Shown here: piece after piece, positions 55,511-64,000 of the stretch
How the letters are laid out: every line of letters begins with the position of its first letter
How positions within the stretch are numbered: position 1 is the stretch's first letter
Source of the DNA: Flaccisagitta enflata
Taxonomy: Eukaryota
Length of the DNA stretch: 64,000 bases
Assembly: GCA_965153355.1 (NCBI GenBank)
Contig: OZ231126.1
Location: 42,904,001-42,968,000, forward strand
Direction of reading: 5' to 3'
Position numbers and translations under genes: made by a program
Notes under the pieces: generated by a model
Told to the model about the DNA's origin: nothing
The model's input: only the letters and a program-made list of their open reading frames with translations
Database searches by the model: none

Positions 55511-57044
55511 CTTTTGGATCTGGGTGAATTAGATAATTCCCAATTGTGTTGAACCCCCTTTGAAAACCATTTTGAGAAAGTTTTTGTATTTTCTGAAATT
55601 TGGTTGAAAAATTATTTGGACCATGCCTAAGGCAGCAGGCGACAAGTGTGAAAATTACAGATATGAGAATATATCTTAACTGATAACTTCAAGCCTGAAA
55701 TGGAGGTCTCTGGAAGAAAAAATGAAATTTTATGCAAGCTCAAAAATGGCCAAAATACCAATTTTACTGATTTTTCTCTGACAAAGTAACTTTGAAAGTC
55801 AATATATACGCAATAGTTAAGCGTTGTGAGCTCAAATTATTGGTGAAGTTAAGGTAGATAATAGTTAACAATTCCACCAAAAATGAAGATGATCGGATGA
55901 TTGGAGCAGTTTTTATTCAACTTTAAAAAATGGATCATTTAACAATTTTGAAAAAAAAGTACAGAAGTCTGTGTGCATTTTGGAAGTAAGTATCAATTAC
56001 TTTGTTTGTATATGAAATTTTAAAAATAGTTGACAAAAATTTTATAGAAAAGATGAATTTTACAAAAATCATTAAAATTCAGTATATAATATTAAAATCA
56101 ATATGTGTGAAATTCATACACGTTGAGGTTCTCAGGACCTTTCATGCAAACCATCATGTTAGTAATTATTGAAATCTCTTCATCATTTTTTTGGGGTACA
56201 TTTTAGTGTCGTTCATAAATGACGGAAATATTTTCAAGAAAATTTATAACTCTTTGGCATTATATATTTAACATAAGACAATTTTGAAATAAATTTTAGC
56301 CTACAATAACAATTACAGAAAAATTTTTTGACAACCAAGCAAAAGCCTGGCCACCATGAAGATAAAGGAAGCCTGGGTGCCGCCTGGCAGCCTAGTCTAT
56401 AATCACAAAACGAGTTGGGATACAACATCATGTCACATTGTGTTCTGATATATTATAGACATTATCAGAATCAAATGTAAAATAGGAGTCAAGTTCTATC
56501 TTTTGGAACTGTCAAAAGTATAAAATCTTCTCAGGTTTGTTTTGAGTCAGACGACTCCTGCCTTGTCGGTCGTGGTAGGTCCGGTAGGTGATCCGGTCTG
56601 TCGTCCGTCAATCCGTCATTTTGATCGACAAAGCGCATCATATAACTGGCTGTGTCAAACCAGTGGATCTGTTGGTCTGTCCGGTTAACGCGACCGTGCG
56701 ACGATCCCCGTCGCCTGTAATGGCCTGCGGGCCTTATTGAATTCGGCGGTTTGCATTACTGCTCACCCAGCAAATCCATGACCTGGATTGTCGTGTATCC
56801 GACCTTATTTCTTCTTTTTCCTTTGATTTTCTTCATCTCCAAACCCTTTGATTTTGTTTCCCCTCCCCCCAACCGGAGGGGGGGGGGAATGCTCAACTTT
56901 ATACACGCCTGTATCACAATGATTGCCTCCGTCCTGATGGAGACTAAGAAGAACTCCCCACTCAAACAGAGCCATTGTGCCCACAATCACGAGAAGAAAT
57001 CACTCAAAAATACACTGAAATTGTTGTTAATTGTGTGGTTTAGG

Positions 57045-57239
57045 AGCCGGGCAGATACCCGGCTGCCCCGGTCGCGTCAGGTGGGCGGGGGCATGTTGAG
57101 GTCACCGAACCATTGCAGGTAGGAGCAGAAAAGGTCAAGACTAAAAATCATAAAGAAAGGTAAAAATGTGACCGACCAACCGACCGACCGACCGATGGAC
57201 AACGCGGGGTGTAGAGTCGCGTAGCACGCGACTAAAAAT
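57045..57239 (-). mobile_element. HINE-like element, family A
   Basis: Hairpin GCCGGG-CAGATA-CCCGGC + GGTCGCGT, (GACC)n, TAGAGTCGCGTAGCACGCGACTAAAAA. Confidence 0.8.
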
Positions 57240-57859
57240 AAAGATAGCTGGAGCTAGAATTACGCGTACGTACGTGTAGTGACCAACATTTGTCTCGGGT
57301 TGTATCCTTAGGACTTTCCTTCTTTTAGTGACCAACATTGACTTATGTAGTTTCCTTATAACATCCAACAAATGTTGATTGTGTATATCAAACAAGAAAC
57401 GATGTAATAAAAGTACATCGGGCGATCAAACATATATCTGGAGGAAAATGAAAAAAAGAGTTAAAAGATGTCCAACTAATTCCTTTGCCTTTGCTTCATT
57501 TGATGCCAAACGACGGGAAAAATGGCCTAATGACGCTTATGGCAGTTGGAGCTGCCCCAACAGAGAGAGAGAGAGAGAGACAGACATTGAGACTGTCAGA
57601 TGGATAATATAGACGGATGGGACAGACGAATACACATACCGAAGACGTATAGACTGACACGCCGACAAAAGGTGAGTGATATGAGACAAAGGTCAAGAAA
57701 CAGAGACAAAGACATCGTAACATTTGCAAGTACAAGTCAAAAAGAAAGACATGAGTGACAAGACATTGACCGAGAAAAACACAAAACAGAAATGAAGAGT
57801 AAGACATTTTGGCTGCATGGAGAGAAAAGCAAAGACAAGTGCGGCGAGAGACAAATGTG

Positions 57860-58459
57860 AATAGTCGCAAAAGCATTAGATGGTCAGCGGTACCCGTGCC
57901 CTGCTGAGTAGGTTGTGCTTGAAGTTGAAGGGGGAGCAGGGCAGCGGCCCCGAAGGGGTCGATGACCTATGCTTTCACACATATGGGGGATTATCTCCTT
58001 CTCCTCCTCCTCCTCCTCCATCTTCTCCGTCCCTCCCCCTCAAATCCCAGTCTCGAGGCCCAAAATCCAGTCTCAAGGCCAAAATCCCAGTCCCGAGGCC
58101 CAAATTCCAACCTTGAGGCCCAAATCCTAGCCTCAAAGCCCAAATCCTAGCCTCGAGGCTGAGATTTGAGCCTCTTGGTGGGGATCTGGGCCTCATTGGT
58201 TGAACCTCAGGCCGTTTGGGCCTCCCAGGCTGAGTTTGGAGTTTCAGGCTCAGGATTTGAGGCTTTGAGGTGGGATTTGGGCACTCAGGCTGGAATTTGA
58301 GCCTCGGGACTGAGATTTTAGCGCTGAGACTGGAATTTGGGCCTCGAGACTGGGATTTGAGGGGGGGGACGAAGAAGATGGAGGAGGAGGAGAAGGAGAA
58401 AATCCCCCATATGTGTGAAAGCATAGGTCATCGACCCCTTCGGGGCCGCTGCCCAAAAA
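57860..58459 (-). mobile_element. HINE-like element, family B1, complete
   Basis: AATAGTCGCAAAAGCATTAGATGGTCAGCGG end; inverted pair GGGCAGCGGCCCCGAAGGGGTCGATGACCTATGCTTTCACACATATGGGGGA; head-to-head 20-bp arrays. Confidence 0.88.
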
Positions 58460-59359
58460 GGGAAGCAACGGACAGTCTACGTTGAACAATTAAGGCATGT
58501 ATAACTATAAGGACATAAAAGCTCTTGCTTATGTCCTGAATCTACAACTCCATGTTGCGTGGAGAAATTGAATACTTTTCTGTTTACAAAATAAAAGACA
58601 GACAGAGAAAAAAATTGATCCAAACAACACAAGGACAAGAAATAACTAAATGCTGAAGAGCTTAGCGCCCACCTTTGTGTCTCTTCGGTCATTATCCTCC
58701 TACGGGATACGCACCAAAAAGATACGAATTCGCCACACAGCCAAAAAGATTGGGACGACTCCAATGGCAATGGCGAGTTTTGTTCATGGCGGGTGGAAAG
58801 GGAGTCTTGAAAATCTAGCCATTATGAAAAAATGCTACGGCCTTTGTTTGTTCTTGTAGCTTGAATTTGCATTTGCGTATTCCATTAAACCCGAAATTGA
58901 TATGACCTGTAAAGTTGAATTGACTACTATTTTCTGTTAGTGTAACAGAATATGATGCCAAGTATTCTCAATGATATGTTTGATTAGAAATATGCGAATA
59001 TCACACCCACCTTTATATGTCAATGACAAGCCGGCGGACCGAAAGAACTTCTTTTTTTCGACCATGTTGGGCTGTACCGCTGTAGGGTCTCACAACTAAC
59101 AAGTGACCATTGACCAGGGTGGGCCCTAGGGGCGTTACCCCCCCCCCCTCCCTTGACTTGTGCATTACGGATGGGCAAATGGACGGAAAAACGGATGAAT
59201 AGATGGACGCACCGAAGGACTAAAAAGATGAGAAAAGTGAACCGCTTAAGAATGGGAGAAAGGAAGAGTTTTAGTTGGAGAGAGAGAGACAGGAAAAAAG
59301 GTGGCGTACCGTGATTTGTTGACTCTTGGAAAAATTCTTGTGAATGGAGAACACTAGTG

Positions 59360-59402
<43 letters not shown>

Positions 59403-59689
59403 CGGTCGTCGTCGCTTGTAAAATTATGCAAAGCATGTTTTTGGCCAGAATGGGTTGATAGTACTACGGAGCAAGCGTGTGTGTTGAATGCAATGAGGAA
59501 GACGACGACGGTGGTGACGGAGGAAGTGGTGGTAGCGGCAGCTGAAATGGTGGTGACAGCGGTGACGGCAGCGGTGGCGGTGGCGGCCGAAGCGGTGGCG
59601 GTGAGGAAATTCCTCGCCTGGGATCAAGTGACAAAATGGAGATTCGAGAATGAAGGAGATTTGAAGAGCGAGAGAAAGTAAAAGAGATA

Positions 59690-59737
<48 letters not shown>

Positions 59738-59902
59738 TGTAAAAATGAAAAATTTATAAAAGGTCATTTTTGGTAAAGAAAAAGCATAGTTTTGAGAAGT
59801 GGTAGCCTGCCCGTTTTTACCATCTTGCTCAAAAACATTGTCTCAGTAAAACAAAATAGTTATCTATTGTTGTTATCTCTTGCACTAAATTACATTTTTC
59901 TT

Positions 59903-60139
59903 TAACTAGGCCAGATACACAGCTACCCCAGTCGCATGCGGGTGGGTAGGGGCCATATTTGAGGTCACTTGATCATTTGGGCAGGAGCTGTGAGGCCAAA
60001 GACCACAAAAAAAAAAACAAAAAAAAAAAGTATAGTGTGATGGGCCAATGATCAGACCGACGGACCAATGGACCAATGGACGAACCAATGGACGGACTGA
60101 CAAAGCGGGGTGTAGAGTCGGGTAGCACCCGACTAAAAA
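59903..60139 (-). mobile_element. HINE-like element, family A
   Basis: GGCCAGATACACAGCTACCCCAGTCGCATGCGGG end, (TGGACCAA)n, TAGAGTCGGGTAGCACCCGACTAAAAA end. Confidence 0.82.
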
Positions 60140-61358
60140 TGTTTAGTATATACCCAATCAATAAATTTTTTGAAACATTTTCTAACACTAACGATCACCA
60201 ATTTTTAGCCAAGAAAAAGTAAAGATAAACAGGTCAATATTTTTCTTCTCATTTTTTTGCATATTTTCTCCCTTTTTTTATGTGAACACTTTCACTCTTC
60301 TGGCTCTATGATCTAAACGAAACAAGCTACTGACATCTGCATGGCGGCATTTTGAAGATTTTTTTTTGCTCTCTTTATTGGTCACTAATTTCAATTTGAT
60401 TTTTTAGGTTGTTTGGGCACAAATTAGCCATATAGGTGAGACAATATTTTTGAGCAAGATGGTGTGCACAATGTTTTCTTTACCTGTTGGTCTGTTGCCT
60501 GTTGGTGAGCACAATTCAGACTCAGTTTTAAAAATATGGTCAACCTTACAGATGCTTGCGATTGAGCACGAACTGCAATGTCCAAAAATCACTTTGTGAC
60601 AGACCGGTTAGTTTAGAGACCAGCCAAGAGAACGTCAAACTGACAGACGGACTGACAAAGACATGAGCAGGCACCCTTGTACCTTCGGAATGGTTTGAGA
60701 CTTATTTCATGGAATTTTTTCCCTTTGAGCTAAAACAAAAGCATTTAATGTCGCTCTGAATGGTGAAGACTGAAGACTATCTTTGATTTATGTAAAATTG
60801 AGCAAATTAAGTTGATTTGGGTAGTTGACAACGCTTTAGTGCATTTAAGAAAGACCAAAAACCAGCTCAAAAGCAGACAAGGGCATAATTTCCAAAGCGA
60901 TTCCAACTCGGCTCTACAAGCCCAAAATATCAATACTTTTCCGCTTCCTTCGTTTCAGTTATTTTTTCCCTACCTTCCTCTTTCTTTTTCTTTCCTTTTC
61001 AATCTGTTTTCTTTTTAGTTCTTTCTTCTTTGTCTCTTTCCAACGTCGAATTATCGGAATATGCCAAAACCAGTTGTTCTGACGAATTGCAAGAAAGTGG
61101 TTGAATATTGAAAAAAAAAATGGAGCAGGAGGAAGGACTAGTAAGACAGAGAAAGAGAGAAAGAGAGAAAAAAAGAAAGAAAGAAAGAAAGGAAGGCGGG
61201 AGGGAAAGAAAAAAGCCATGGGCCCTGGTGCGGCGGTGTCTGTAAGCCTCCTCTCTTGGCGCCCTATAATTTTACGACCCAACAACGCACAATCGGACGT
61301 CGTAACACTCAGCTTCTGTGTGTGTGTGTATCTATATCTTCTCTACCTCACTCTATAT

Positions 61359-61400
<42 letters not shown>

Positions 61401-61491
61401 TACTGCCCTACTTGTTCTTGTTATCTATGTCTTTGTCTCTATGTCTTTCTATCTATTTCTCTCTGTCTCTGTCTGATTGCAACTGTCTCTC

Positions 61492-62551
<1,060 letters not shown>

Positions 62552-62555
<4 letters not shown>

Positions 62556-63999
62556 ACAATGACCCAGTCTCTACCCCGTCATCAAAGAAACCAGAGTGTG
62601 CCGAATATATCAGCCTTTTCAACCGAGGCACCAAATTGCTTGATGAACTTAGTAAGCAATCAATTGACTCCCAATCAAGAAAGCGGCTTAAGAAGAAAAA
62701 ATTTTCCCAGCAAAAAGTTGACTGGATGGAGTGGCTTGCCCACGATTTAATCAGTAATGCCGAGGAAGAAGAAAGAGTCAATATATCATTCATTAACAAT
62801 GTTATCTACTCTGTTGCAGCTGTATTTACATTTAAGGAGGGGGATGAATGCGGTTTTGGATCAAATGAATGGAGACCAAAGGCTGAACCCAAGTGGAAGA
62901 TACGCTTAGAAAGACTAGCTAAGGTCTTTAAAAAATATGGTGTGGACGGGTCAAAAAAGAGGCATGCTACTTTAAGATCAAAAACAAAATATCTGCCATA
63001 GCAGGTAAAGTACAGCGTTACCAGACTGCAAGAAAAGCTAAAGAACAAAACGACCTATTCTTAAAGGATAAGAAACGATTCTTCCGTTCTATATTTTAAA
63101 GTGGGCAGCATGTTGAATCCCCGCCAAAACCGGAGGATATAAGAGAATTCTGGGAAAAGAAAATCTGGGGAGACGCCAACAAATACAAAGGAAGGCCGAG
63201 CTGGCTAGATGAAGTTGAAAAAACATATCGTAATGTAAGTCAGCAGGAGTGGACTCCACTTGTGAAGAATGATATCAGCACTCAACTTGGCAAGACTATG
63301 AATTGGAAAGCCCCTGGCCACGACTGTCTTCCCAACTTTTGGCTAAAAAGCATAACAATTACTCACCATTTTCTCGCCAAAGCAATGAACAACTGTATTG
63401 AATTTCCTGAGCTGATGCCCGGGTGGCTGGTAAAAGGGAAAACTACACTGTTACCCAAAAGTGATAAGACATCAGATGCCTCACAATATAGGCCAATAAC
63501 GTGTCTGACCACCTCATGGAAATGCCTCACTGGGATTTTGGGTGATAAGATTGCCAAATTCATGGAAACTAATAAAATGCTGGCTATAGAACAGCAAGGA
63601 GCAATCAAAAAGTCATACGGGACCAAGACTCAGCTGCTCATCAACAAGAATATATTGTTGGATGCTGCCAAACGGCGAAGGAATTTACATATGTTATATA
63701 TTGACTATGCTAAGGCATATGATTCTGTGCCTCACGAGTGGATAAAGGAATTTCTTACAGTATACAGGATCTGCCCGACCATCATCTATTTCATATGCTA
63801 CTCTATGCAGCTGTGGATCGTCGACCTCTCACTGTACTATGAAGGCGGCTGTATAACTGTTGAAAAAGTGAGATTTTTGAGGGGAATCTTCCAAGGAGAT
63901 TCTCTGTCCCCCCTAATCTTTATTATTGCCCTCAACCCGTTGAGCCTGATTATAAATAGGCGAAGTAATGGATACAAGATTGGTGACACCCATGTCTCG
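62552..63999 (+). pseudogene. Disrupted reverse transcriptase ORF of the retrotransposon
   Basis: Frame +2 open 62552-~62955; frameshift near the A-run 62953-62958 into frame +1; in-frame TAA at 63097-63099; open 63100 to window end (missed by ORF track); the catalytic DD motif should lie just past the window. Confidence 0.85.
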
Positions 64000-64000
64000 C
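62552..64000 (+). mobile_element. Non-LTR retrotransposon, R4/Dong-like clade, 5'-truncated, runs off window end
   Basis: Manual translation: INNVIYSVAAV, EPKWKIRLE, KNKISAIAGKVQRY..QNDLF, EFWEKKIW, NWKAPGHD..NFWLK, YRPITCL, EQQG, IDYAKAYDSVPHEW, RGIFQGDSLSPLIF; motif pattern typical of R4-type reverse transcriptases. Confidence 0.88.

Noticed and set aside
55511..56520. AT-rich block truncating the family B3 element, possibly a DNA-transposon interior
   Set aside because: No termini, TSD or second copy found in the window, so it cannot be supported as a feature.
63363..63626. 87-aa minus-strand ORF
   Set aside because: Antisense shadow of the reverse transcriptase frame.

Overview
Repeat-dominated eukaryotic DNA, most likely from an invertebrate animal. 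No intact host gene is visible, and nearly all ORF-track entries are translations of microsatellites or minisatellites. Contents: (1) About 40 full or partial copies of at least six families of short non-autonomous elements built like Helentron-associated elements (HINE / DINE-1-like). They have a T-run plus 5' subterminal repeat and its inverted copy, often a (GTCN)n microsatellite, variable internal tandem arrays, then a 3' subterminal inverted repeat, a short hairpin and TT, with no target-site duplication (TSD). The family labels A-F are mine. (2) Several MITEs/foldbacks, with TA TSD (Tc1/mariner type) or 8-bp TSD (hAT-like), some nested. (3) A 68-bp satellite with a 264-bp higher-order repeat. 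(4) Very abundant (AG)n, (AC)n, (GAAA)n, (GACA)n, (AAC)n and (GAA)n microsatellites. (5) A 5'-truncated, disrupted R4/Dong-clade non-LTR retrotransposon at 62552-64000, the only confidently identifiable protein-coding sequence. Weak hints of a host gene are clustered RFX X-box motifs (30.2, 33.8 kb) and exon-like cassettes (26.4, 61.6, 62.1 kb). All family assignments come from manual structure reading, not database searches. Boundaries of degenerate copies are approximate. I found no convincing wholly new biological system. The most interesting signals are the co-varying termini and swappable satellite cargo of the HINE-like elements.
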